A stretch of DNA of 64,000 nt from Phoronis australis. Taxonomy: Eukaryota; Animalia; Phoronida. The DNA lies in NCBI GenBank assembly GCA_002633005.1, contig NMRA01000389.1:338597-402596 (forward strand), in the 5' to 3' direction. Position 1 is the first letter of the stretch. The number at the start of each line of letters is the position of its first letter. Positions 40,601 to 50,448 of this stretch are shown here, piece by piece. The translations under genes were made by a program, and so were the position numbers. The notes beneath the pieces were generated by a model. That model ran no database searches. It was not told where the DNA came from and saw only the letters and a program-made list of their open reading frames with translations.

Positions 40601-43600
40601 TTCACTCTTTATGAATTTCCAACAAAAACATATATACATGCAAGACTATAGCTTATAAAAATAAATGATCTTATTCTCTATCAATTAGTGATTTTTTCTG
40701 TCCTAAACTTGTGATAATACATGAAGAATGTCTTTGAATGGTTAATAAAACCAAACACAGTTGCTTTTTCTTGTCTGCCATGTTATACATTCTCATTCAT
40801 CAATATTTACTCAGAGCCAAGGATAGGGTTTCAACTTTCTGTATGTTTATTTGTTGTTAGTTACACAGCTGTCAATGTTGATTTAAGATCAAACATTGAA
40901 TAACTTACAGCTACATTTTGAAAGGCCTACACACTAACCTTCAAGTGCCTCAAAGCTAAGCTGAGAGTCAGTAGGTCTGAAAGGTTAAATTTGGTCTTAG
41001 ACTGAAGTTAAAACCACAAATTAACTTCCAAATGATCTCAAACATGTTAGCTCTAATATTACTTTTAATAAAAACAAAAACTGTTTTCAATCGCAACATG
41101 TTTCGAGGGAACCATCCCAAATCTTCAGACATTTATTCTCAAATAACCATCTCAGAGCTGTAGCATATACAAAGAAAATTAGGACTGACTTACTACAGCA
41201 GGAAAGGTACACTAACCAGTTACACATATACAATACAAAATACAGAATCACAAGCGACAACAAGTCAAAAACGGAAGAGACATGTTTTATCTGTACCATC
41301 AACTTCGCAGTAAACAGGCCGATTTAACAGTAGAGCATCAATGGTTTGATGGGGCGTGAAAATTAACTTAAAAGTGTCACGGGAGTTATTGAAAGGTGTT
41401 GCTGTCATTAATGGCACATATTATCTAGATAACTTGATATGATTTCACTCAAATATTCAACATTTTATCAATAACATTATTTCATTTATAATCCAAACTG
41501 ATTCTTCATTAAAAGAATCACAGGTCAATCTTGCGATAAATGCGATGACCGATCACCAACAAGTGTTAGTTAAAAATTTCAACATCTCATTTACAGTTGA
41601 TCAACCTCCACTTGTGCTTAATCTGATTCAAAAGGGCCCTGTATGTAAAAGCGACATGCGGAATGCAATTCATTATGGAATTCAATCCATAGAAAACACA
41701 CAATAATCCAGGAACTGAAAGAAAATTTAAATCTAACATTCACCTGAATAACATTACCATTACAATAGATACAAAAGATGCCAAGAACATACTTTAATCA
41801 ACTTCAACAGATTTGAATTCAATTCAATTAAACTTCTATAATACAGTAACTATGGTGAAACTAAATGTTTTTATCACCATGTCTGAAGAGTTGCTTCAAT
41901 AATCAACAATGCCAATAAGTCTATCTCCCTGAGTAACAGGAAAGCAGAAACAATACATTCAACTAGGAAAGGTTTTGTTCAGCTATAGACCTACAGAAGC
42001 AGAGGATTATTACGTAGATAATATCCATTGAGTTGCAATGAGTCATGTATCAGATATCCATCAATAAATCTATAGAACCAGTCTCTGTTTTATAATTAGT
42101 ACATTAAAAACTCACAACTTTAGGACAAAATAAGGTCAACAAGTGAAATTTTATTTTATCTTTACTTTTTTCCCAAATCAGAAGTAGCATCTAGCACTTG
42201 TGAGTACTTGAACAACATAACTACCACACTCACAAGCATAGTTCCAGTCACCATCACACAAACACCGCTCACCAACCACCAAAGCAAAACTCTGGAGTCT
42301 GGACTCATAACACACAACTTACACACCAAAGAAACTTTTGTCCGGACTTAACACATCTCGCTGGGCCCATGTGGATGTATCACGTAAGGTGGTCAGGGGG
42401 CAGTGTTTACGAGAATGGAGTATGGGTAAGTCAGTGTGCCAAGTTCAGTGAAGAAACTACACAGCACCCATTTGCCATGAGTTATTTTTTACAAGAAAAA
42501 GCATTCTTGAATCACTATTTTGCTCAGGATACTACATCCCTCAATTCTGAGGCTAAACATCAGCCCCATTCCCCTCTGAAAAATATTTAGAAGTTAATAC
42601 GCAAGATTCCCCACATGAGGCCCAAAAATTCCCCTGGAGGTGAGAATCACTTGTAACTAACACAGGGCGACAAATTGAAACAGCATAAAATGTTATAATT
42701 GGCTACTTGAGGTAGAGTGTATCAGGGCTGGCGACACGGGAGGGGGAGGGGTAGGCGTGCTACTGGTGATAGTGAAGGCACAGGCACATTTCATTCTGAT
42801 GAACGAGGGCTCTGTTGCTGACCATAATTGAATGCTTGAATTATTTATTAAAGGTGTTTCAAAAAGATCCCCAAATATTTAGAGAAAGTAATTTCATTAA
42901 TTGTCGTTATCAGATCACATGTCAATGGGGATGAATCAGAGTTGTCGCCTTACTTCTTTACAGCCACAGAGCTCCTCTCAGGATTCCATTGTCTGGCATT
43001 TTCTGATCTACGTTTACCTGGTAGAACTAGTAAATTTCACGTTATGCTTCATTTCAATTCAAAAAAAAATCTTATTAGCCTACAAAGTAACAATCGATTT
43101 AAGTGCTTGGTTTTTCTTTATATTTAGCAACCCCCATGTTTGCTAAGACTACATTACTGCCCAAATTCCAAGATACCTACATTTACTTTGAGTTGAGCCC
43201 GGAGGCATATCACCTTTAGTCACGGATATTGAGAACAGATTTGATGAATGTTATTCAGGTGAGAAAATTGAGGGACCCTTGTGACTATTGTTGGAATTTC
43301 TGGTCACAAACAAAAGGCAGAATCATCCATTTTACACTTAAAAAACAAACACTATAACAGCATGAAATATAACACCTGAATTTTAAGTGGTGTCACACCA
43401 GAGAAATTTTCCCAGGAAGCAACTTGACAATACTTAATGATATCCAAAAAAGTAAATTAACATGGTAACCAGTGTTGCATCTAATAACGCAAGTGACAGT
43501 GCAATACTTGAACTCAATTTGAAAAGGGAATTTCCACAAACAGGCCGCCAAAATATTTAGGCCAGTGGTTTTCTCTATATATAGCCCTGTAGGACAATTT

Positions 43601-45719
43601 TCGAAGCCACAGATAAAAAGTTGGGTAGTTTTCAGGATTTCCGAATTTAGCAGCAAGCGTCAAACGATGGCTAGGCTTTACAAGAAACAGGAAATTCCTT
43701 TCAGCATATTTTGCCTTAATCTACAAGACAAGCGTTACTAATGGTACCATAAACTTTCTTAACTACAGATATTGATCTTCCATGTTGCTGATACATTTCC
43801 ATTTATAGGCCCTCGTTTTCGAAAAATATGTTTGAGAATTCCAGATATCTTAGAGGAGGCAGTGTGGCCTGGTTGATAAGTGCCCGCGTTCTTTACTCGA
43901 GGTTGTGGGTTTGAGTCCCACCATGTCACACTGCTAAACCCTAGAGCCAGGTTTCTAGCTCCTCAGCTCGGTTTTAACCATATATTAATAAAGCATAAAA
44001 ATAGTTCCAGGTGATCAGTGCAATGGGCCCACATGCGAGGCCTGCGCACCTCTGGTACGTGTATCAGACCACCTGAAACTGCTTTTTTTATTCTTGATAT
44101 CACAAAACATTTTGCAACAAAATTATAAGGTAGCAATTCCTTGCAAGTAATTTTTGTGACTTGCATTTACTTTAGCAGTCTCCATCATAGACCGATCCTG
44201 GGGGGTCAGGGGGGTCCGGACTCCCTTTTTCCCTTGATTTTAGTGATATCAAATTGTTGACTTGGACCCACCTTGATCAGCCCCTCCTTTTAAACAATTC
44301 TGGTTCTGCCCATCTATTAAGCCACGTTCAACGTGCCTCTAAAAACTGTTTCGGTCTTGACTACAATTTATTGCTTTTTTAAATAGTTTCTAATTAGCAT
44401 GCTCATTGTTACATGATAACAAAGTATGGGCTGAATTTTCACCGATTCCATCTGTGGCTAGGTTCATACGCTTGGAGGAATTACATCACAGATTTGAATT
44501 ATTCCAGTTTGTTTAACCTAATTGTTACTCTATAATGTTTTAATAATGATTTACAAACAGTACAACTGTTATCTGTTTCAAACCACTTTGCACATGCTTA
44601 CTGATGTGAAATGAACAACTAGTCTTCAATGCGATAGTTTGGAATGCAAGCAAATGTACACAGCGCTAAAAATCAATACTAACATATTAGTGACTGGGAA
44701 AACTTCACACAACACAACACCAAGCAAAGTGTTATCAAATTTCCAAGAACAACTACTGTTTCACACTGACACAGAAATGGAGATGACATCCAGCAAACAG
44801 TTTAATTCCACGCTGTACTCATCACGACTAGGTACCATGAATTTCCATTTCCTACCAATTATTCTCTATCGTATAAAATTTTTAATCCAATTTGAGATGT
44901 CAACTATTGTGCTAACAGCAAGTTTGTATACTACCAAAACTGTTTGGAGTATTACATGCATTGGATTAACAATTTTCAGTAAAAAACTGAGGTGAGTTAT
45001 GCATGTGAGGCTAGTCATCAACCACATTTCTAGTCCAAAACGCCAAGTCAAGGAATAAGGGTTAAGCAACAAATTTACCTAAAAATACAAGAACAAGACG
45101 TGTCTTTAATTTCTACATTTTTACTTTGAGTACTCGCATACCGAATGCCAAATTTCCAAAGGAACGTGCACATAATTAGCACTATAATAAATTAATAAAA
45201 TATCCTTGGAACAAATGAGCATGATTGTATTTTATGTCCCCTACAGCTGTTTACATAAAATGGTAGCCAAGAAACAGTGGTGAATACAAGAAAATCTTGT
45301 GTCACTCTGCTGTGTTTGCCTACTTCCCAATTGACTTAACTGTACTGTTGGCAAACAATAATCATTATTGGACTTGAATTGAATCATGATGAATAGAGTC
45401 TGGACACAAGACATTCAGTTCTTACCAATATACGTCCCGTGGTTGATTGGCCAGATATTAACTCTCCAGCCCAATCTTTCGCTTCTGTCATCCAGCCTGG
45501 TTCATTATCTTCCACTAAAGAAGGCTGTTTTTGTAGTGTCTTCCTGTCATCCTTCTTCAACGTACAGCACAACCACGAAATGAGTCGCCACGATAGCACA
45601 GCAATTAAACCAACGAAGAAGCTAATGATACTGGACAATAAAAAACACCACCAATATCTTTGTTTCAAGCAATCAGCAATAAGTATAGCCTCTGGCGTTT
45701 GGGTCGTGCCGTTGCCCAT
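1532..45719 (-). CDS. KCNMA1: Calcium-activated potassium channel alpha subunit (BK/Slo1/slowpoke), multi-exon, 3'-partial (continues beyond window start)
   Basis: Spliced by hand: 45426-45719, 32193-32254, 30375-30471, 28182-28293, 24347-24498, 21435-21605, [19898-19989 or 19731-19822], 18382-18492, 17349-17607, 15988-16143, 14319-14431, 13007-13165, 12400-12476, (6576-6653), 3141-3249, 1532-1658. All junctions are GT-AG and phase-consistent. Motifs: [68 protein letters not shown]. Confidence 0.98.
2342..2485. repeat. 34-bp minisatellite, about 4 copies
   Basis: Unit gtaagccagaccacgtacattgatacataggcag read directly. Confidence 0.92.
3141..3249 (-). CDS. KCNMA1: Slo1 linker exon
   Basis: tttgcag|[35 protein letters not shown](S)|gtaac, 109 nt; phase 1->2 bridges the flanking exons; end resembles vertebrate SPKLMR. 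Confidence 0.82.
6576..6653 (-). CDS. KCNMA1: Probable Slo1 cassette exon in the RCK1-RCK2 linker
   Basis: Strong acceptor (tttgtttgttttatttag); open symmetric phase 1->1 exon [25 protein letters not shown]|gtagag; alternative in-frame donor at 6600; no homology support. Confidence 0.6.
12400..12476 (-). CDS. KCNMA1: Slo1 exon with heme-binding CKACH motif
   Basis: [25 protein letters not shown]|gtaagt, 77 nt, phase 2->1. Confidence 0.97.
13007..13165 (-). CDS. KCNMA1: Slo1 exon, end of RCK1
   Basis: [52 protein letters not shown](R)|gtaac, 159 nt. Confidence 0.96.
14319..14431 (-). CDS. KCNMA1: Slo1 exon, RCK1 (contains the E535-equivalent EMY motif)
   Basis: tag|[37 protein letters not shown](E)|gtgag, 113 nt, phase 0->2. 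Confidence 0.95.
14428..14941. repeat. 44-48-bp minisatellite, 11 copies, overlapping a Slo1 3' splice site
   Basis: Unit gtgactacaa(c/t)(a/c/t)aaataca(gaca)gtcacattttataaatgcc(a/g)gagtg counted by hand. Confidence 0.97.
15349..15480. repeat. Degenerate ~45-bp tandem repeat, 3 copies
   Basis: taaaatgt...tgtt(c/t)ttg..aacgc..ggga repeated. Confidence 0.65.
15988..16143 (-). CDS. KCNMA1: Slo1 exon, RCK1
   Basis: [52 protein letters not shown]|gtaag, 156 nt. Confidence 0.97.
17349..17607 (-). CDS. KCNMA1: Slo1 exon, RCK1
   Basis: [23 protein letters not shown]...[15 protein letters not shown]...LQYHNK|gttag, 259 nt, phase 2->0. Confidence 0.97.
18382..18492 (-). CDS. KCNMA1: Slo1 exon, start of RCK1
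   Basis: [36 protein letters not shown](K)|gtagg, 111 nt, phase 2->2. Confidence 0.97.
19731..19822 (-). CDS. KCNMA1: Slo1 alternative exon B (inner S6 and C-linker)
   Basis: cag|[30 protein letters not shown](K)|gtgagt, 92 nt, phase 0->2. Confidence 0.93.
19898..19989 (-). CDS. KCNMA1: Slo1 alternative exon A (inner S6 and C-linker)
   Basis: tag|[30 protein letters not shown](K)|gtaagt, 92 nt, phase 0->2. Confidence 0.93.
21435..21605 (-). CDS. KCNMA1: Slo1 exon, turret, pore helix, selectivity filter and S6
   Basis: [57 protein letters not shown]|gtaat, 171 nt, phase 0->0. Confidence 0.96.
22823..23070. mobile_element. ~250-bp MITE, TA-flanked (Tc1/mariner-type); representative of a family scattered through Slo1 introns
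   Basis: Termini ta.ggtaaaatctc.c...gtgagattttactgta; related copies near 5445-5690, 22236-22490, 24552-24815, 27354-27602, 30119-30290 and 34086-34337 in both orientations. Confidence 0.75.
24347..24498 (-). CDS. KCNMA1: Slo1 exon, S4 and S5
   Basis: [50 protein letters not shown]|gtaag, 152 nt, phase 1->0. Confidence 0.96.
28182..28293 (-). CDS. KCNMA1: Slo1 exon, S2-S3 loop and S3
   Basis: [37 protein letters not shown](G)|gtaag, 112 nt, phase 0->1. Confidence 0.97.
30375..30471 (-). CDS. KCNMA1: Slo1 exon, S1-S2 loop and S2
   Basis: [32 protein letters not shown]|gtgag, 97 nt, phase 2->0. Confidence 0.96.
32193..32254 (-). CDS. KCNMA1: Slo1 exon, S1
   Basis: cag|[20 protein letters not shown](S)|gtaag, 62 nt, phase 0->2. 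Confidence 0.96.
34652..34732. repeat. 19-bp tandem repeat, 4 copies
   Basis: c(t/a)ttatgtcaagtgggg tg repeated. Confidence 0.9.
37431..37920 (+). mobile_element. Non-autonomous hAT-like DNA transposon, copy A
   Basis: TIR CAGGGCTTGGAAT...ATTCCAAGCCCTG; flanks ctttac/cttcac (6-bp TSD, 1 mismatch); internal short [29 protein letters not shown]. Confidence 0.85.
38376..38880 (-). mobile_element. Non-autonomous hAT-like DNA transposon, copy B (inverted relative to A)
   Basis: Same TIRs; perfect 6-bp TSD agatga; interior is the reverse complement of copy A. Confidence 0.88.
40300..40472 (+). repeat. Interspersed repeat shared with ~49865-50022
   Basis: tgttggtaac.ggaacagaatcc...accaattttatgagagtaaaa...cagctaaa at both loci. 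Confidence 0.8.
43855..43935 (+). mobile_element. tRNA-derived SINE head (decayed)
   Basis: A-box-like tggcctggttg and B-box-like gggtttgagtccc at tRNA-like spacing; cloverleaf not intact. Confidence 0.6.
45426..45719 (-). CDS. KCNMA1: Slo1 coding exon 1 (N-terminus, S0, S0-S1 loop)
   Basis: MGNGTTQ...[36 protein letters not shown]...[23 protein letters not shown]|gtaag; ATG context aaaATGG; phase 0. Confidence 0.95.
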
Positions 45720-46900
45720 TTTGATAAAATAGAAGACCCCTTTCACGCCATCCGACACACCAAAACACACACGTTCCTAACGGTACACTGCCAATGTTGT
45801 TGGAGCTTCAATCAATGAGCATACATTGGATGCAGCATAATAATCGGGTTAGGAGAAATGAAAGTCGAACGACTTCGCCGTAGGGCCGTCATAATTTGGT
45901 TCATTGTAGTACTGAGTGTAACCACGCTTGTAGTCCTTGGAACATCGAATGAGAGCTACCACGAGAAATTTTGGGTCTTAATTTCTCAGTCACCCTGACC
46001 CACACAAGGTAAATACTTTTAAGCTCAAACTAACACCAGAGGGCTCTCCCTGTACGGACGAAAGATATGTAAGGCTAACAGCTGACTGTGCCGCGGGGCC
46101 ATCGTCTGCCGCGCCAGTCGTGGATGCGCCAACCGTTGATCCACAGATTTTTTGCGGCTCATAAAGTAACAAAAACACATTTTTTGTCGTTTTATAACTC
46201 AGATCAAAGATAATAACATCAAAAAGCCTACCCCATCCAACAAAAACCCACGAAATGCGTGTCACGGGTCTTAAAACGCGGTTTTACGCCCTACTCGGGA
46301 TATAGACTTCTTGGGATTATGAGCTTTCACCAATGCTTATGAAACGACACAATCCGTAGTCTTGTGATTTTATTACAATTCGCCAAATCTCGACGTTTTC
46401 TGCCATCTCACTATTCCGGTGACTCCTCCAATAGCCTGAAGTAGACTGCCATCGAGTGCCTGGGGGCCCAGCTCCGCCGATTGAGCGTTAGGCTACGACC
46501 GCGCGGGGTTCCGGGATCTGCACTTAGGCTGATGTCAAACAACACTTTTCTCGCGATAACGTTGCTTAGAAAAGCATCTCTTGCACTTGGTATGTGAGCT
46601 TTTGACGGAAGCCCAATAGTGCCATTTTGACTCGTGAGGAAAAAATATTTTCATTATCTGGCGGCAGTCACATAAATCCGTAGCTTTTAATGGAAAATCA
46701 AAAAAAAAACATGTAGAACGATAAACGGCATGTGTCAACAGTAGACTTACTCATGGCGGAAGTTTGATGAAATTTCCAGCTGTATTGGGAAATAATAAAA
46801 ATTCATGCTTATTTAGTACCGCGGTAGCAAACTGAGGAACGTTCCGGCATACCAGGGCAGAAATGCGAATCGTAGGCGGAAGGTAATTATGACAACGCAA
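45720..46900 (-). promoter_or_regulatory. Putative Slo1 5' UTR and promoter region
   Basis: Immediately upstream of the ATG; locally GC/CpG-enriched (46060-46520); composite YY1/ETS-like atggcggaagt at ~46753; TSS not determinable. Confidence 0.4.
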
Positions 46901-47859
46901 CTATTATTAAAGAAAACAAAAGTATGTGTTTATATATAACAATTATACTACAGCCGCAGAATGTTTCTTCGCCCGCATCTGTATCTCTAGTTTAGTGGGT
47001 CAGTGCACGACCAATAACTCTGATTAGAAAACACCAATTTTAAAAGTTCGAGGTGTTTGAGATGCTGGAAATGGAAGGTTGTTGATTAGGCACGGTTTAG
47101 AAAGTTAAAAAGATACCATGCCCGATTTATGGCCTCTTAACAGGTAATAAAAACGACTTTAATATCCAGTTCTGTGAAACAAAATAATCTGTAATTCTCG
47201 ACAATCCTCACGTTTTGAGGAAAATTTAAAACACCTTTCAAAGTCTGCTAAACGGGAAAGCGTGACCTACATTTTTAAAGAATTACACGGCAACTGCGGG
47301 AAAAGACCACCCACCAAGGACCATAAAGTCCAATTTGTGAGATAGGAAGCATGAGTTTTTAGTTGATTCCTGCTTCTGTCTTTCGAAATTCTCGTCAATA
47401 ATGCATTATCAGATGACAGAACGAGGATTGGTTGAAATCATCAAAACAGGGTTTAATGTCCTTTTAAGAGAACGAAGTCAAACGCAAAAACAATTTAAAC
47501 CGCCATCGAACCGGTTTTTATTTTGGATGTATTAGACTAAGCAGATAGTTCTGGCAATATTTTAACAACAAAATAAAACGATTTAACACTCAAAACCAGG
47601 CGCGTCAAGCGATGCGAAATGTAGCCTTTTCACACCATATTGCATCAGCACGAGAAAACAGCAAACAAATAACGGGGAAAACCAGATACAAAAAATTACG
47701 TATTAAAGTATCAACGGTCAGTTTTTGTAACCTTAAAAACATTTTCAAAATTACAATCAACAAGTAGGACCTCTGGATCGATAATTATGTGATTAATTCA
47801 AACAGGAAGAAAATGTCTTCCTGCTTTAAGTTATATACAAAAGTCGTTGTTATTAATCT

Positions 47860-48011
47860 GGGCCCAGTTGTATAAAAGTTATACGCTACATGGCAACAAT
47901 GACGTCGCCTTATCACGCGCCACGCTGTTATTGTTGAACAGTGCACCTGACGTCATGTAACAATAAAACCTATCCAACGTATAATTTTGAAAGTTTTATG
48001 CAACCCAGCCC
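47860..48011. mobile_element. Small MITE, PIF/Harbinger-like termini
   Basis: gggcccagttgtataaaa ... ttttatgcaacccagccc imperfect TIRs. Confidence 0.55.
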
Positions 48012-49084
48012 TGGTTGCTACCAAGGTGTTAAAAAGACATAAATAATGATCCGACAAGTGCACAAAATCATTTTCAGTTGGCTGCTCATGAATTCTTCAT
48101 GCTTCTTTGTAAATTTAACAGTGGCGACAGATGTTGGATATTGCCCTAAAACATGTGTTATGCTTACATTATCTGTAAATCCACCTCATTTTGGCTTTGT
48201 AAAACTACATGTAACAAAAATTGTCGGAAACTAGCACAGGTGCAAAATCTAAACATAATATGAACTTTTTTTTACTTTCAATTTTCCTTTTGAGCATCGT
48301 CGATCCCGTGTTCACTCTTTAGTTACAAACACGGGGATACAGACAATGCGCCTTTCAAAAAATTCAAGAAGCTCATGGCTACCTAGTAGCGCATTTATTA
48401 CTCGAATGACAATATCATTTTTATCGCTCGGATGTTGGGCTAGAAACTCTCTAACACTGTGAATGAACTTATCTGACGTCTTTCGCAGTTTTACTCTCCA
48501 AATGATTTATGGTAAATTTTCACAGAAAAAATCGAAAATGTTCTAATTTGTTTAATCGCCTTTTTAGACTCGGGTCTGCTTCCAAACCAGTCGAAATTGG
48601 AGAGACTGGTCGCAATAATTGTTGGGTCTTAGAGAAACGTCACAAATGTGCATCGGAAGAAACGAAACAAATCTAAGGATAATGACTTTTCTCAATGTAA
48701 ACATGGCAAGGTGATCAGGAGAGAAATGAGTGATTCTCATTTTATGCCCCTTGTGTCTTAAATGTCAGGCGTCTTGTGCAGCGTTCACACGCAGACCGGT
48801 CAGAATCTGGAAGATCAAAATCTGATCCGTAGTCTGAAAAAAAAAAACAAACGTGAACGCTTGTCACCACGTCTGCTTTTCATCATCCGATCGAAAATTC
48901 AGCGGCAGATCTTTCTTCTTGCCTTGAAAATCTGATTTGTGATTATCATATTACCAGGAATATAAAGCCGTGGCCCTAAGCGCGGCCATGTACTCAAATG
49001 TATGGCCATGGTCTGGGTCATTTGTATTCTGACGTGAACAAAAATGTATGTTTTTAATTGTAAAATGGTAAAAATAAAACTACG

Positions 49085-49411
49085 AGCGTCGGTACCAAAA
49101 TATATTAAAATATCCCCCACGTTTAGAGCCATGCGCGCTTTGTCAAGGGTATCATGCCGACTGCCGAATAGATAGATACAAATAAAATCGCACAGGTAAC
49201 ATATGATATACAACAGGTAGCATGAACAATATCAGTCATTACAACGTTCGCGTTTGACTTTTTTCAGACTACTGCCTATTGTATATCACCATGCGGTTAC
49301 CTGTGCGATTTTATTTATATCAGTCTATTCGGCAGTCTGCGTCATACCCTTGACAAAGAGCGCATCGCTCGAAACGCGGGGAATATTTTCATGTATTTTA
49401 GTACCGACGCT
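49085..49411. repeat. Fold-back (palindromic) element with ~150-bp arms
   Basis: agcgtcggtac...aaataaaatcgcacaggtaac mirrored by gttacctgtgcgattttattt...gtaccgacgct. Confidence 0.88.
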
Positions 49412-50448
49412 ATTCTTAGCCGTCGGTAACTACACGGCATTCCAGCATCTATTTGATTTATTCTTTAATTGTATTACTTGTTCAATATTTATGCATTCAC
49501 CCAAGCAATATTATATATTTTTAGACATGATAACATAACATTTCGGCCATGACTTATTGGCATAAACAAAAAATAACTGGCCTTGTATCAAAACCAGAGT
49601 CACTTGGCATTGCTTTTAATGCTCATTAATACAGCATAATGTCCTGGCTGTTCGTCTGAAAATATCGCACTAGGAGATTGTCTGCTGCTTAGTCCGTGTC
49701 TGTTGTTGGCAATTTGTCCGACATTATATGGTGCTGTGAAGTGAGGATGAGTTGGCAGTTGGTGGGATGTGCTTTTTTGTATGAACTTATCAATGGGGAT
49801 TCCATTTCCGTTACCAGCTCAAGTCCCAGGCAATGCGCACATGCGTCATTCTCAATTTTAAGATCGACAAACCCCGAAACATTTCTTGAACCGCTGATGG
49901 TTTTGACGTTGCTGTTGGTAACGGGAACAGAATCCTGTCACGGAAACGAAGATTACGAGACCAATTTTATGAGAGTAAAACGCCTAGTTCCAGTTTTTCC
50001 CAGCTAAAGAGGGCGAAATACAGTTTAACATTTCCATGAAGAAATGCTGGCTGCGTTCTTGATTGAACGACTGCCTTCCGCCACAGGATAACATGTGGCT
50101 ACGTCCGAAATCTGCCAATGAAAAAATGAAATCCTTATTTCATGTACTTTTATTCTAGGAAAAGTAGCCTACTGTTAACTTAGGTTAGTGTAGAACTGTC
50201 TGCAACAGTTAGCCAAAAGGCCTACATTTGAATGGCGAAACATGAATACCCCATTAAACTTAAGCTAATAGTGATGTTCTCACGTTTTCTAACTTTCCAG
50301 ATGAAGAATACAATAGCTTTCTATCAATCTATTCTACAGTTCCTTATCAAAAGGGATTCAAGTTTTACTGAAAACAGTTCAGTAACCCACAGCCCCGTCC
50401 AGGATGAATGAATGTAAAGAAGGAATAGGCCCATTTTCACAAGATTCT

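Noticed and set aside
43855-43935. Functional tRNA gene
   Set aside because: Only degenerate A/B boxes, without intact acceptor and anticodon stems; better explained as a SINE head
45720-45770. N-terminal extension MCFGVSDG... from the ORF track
   Set aside because: It starts at GTG just after an in-frame stop; the first ATG, in good context, is at 45719
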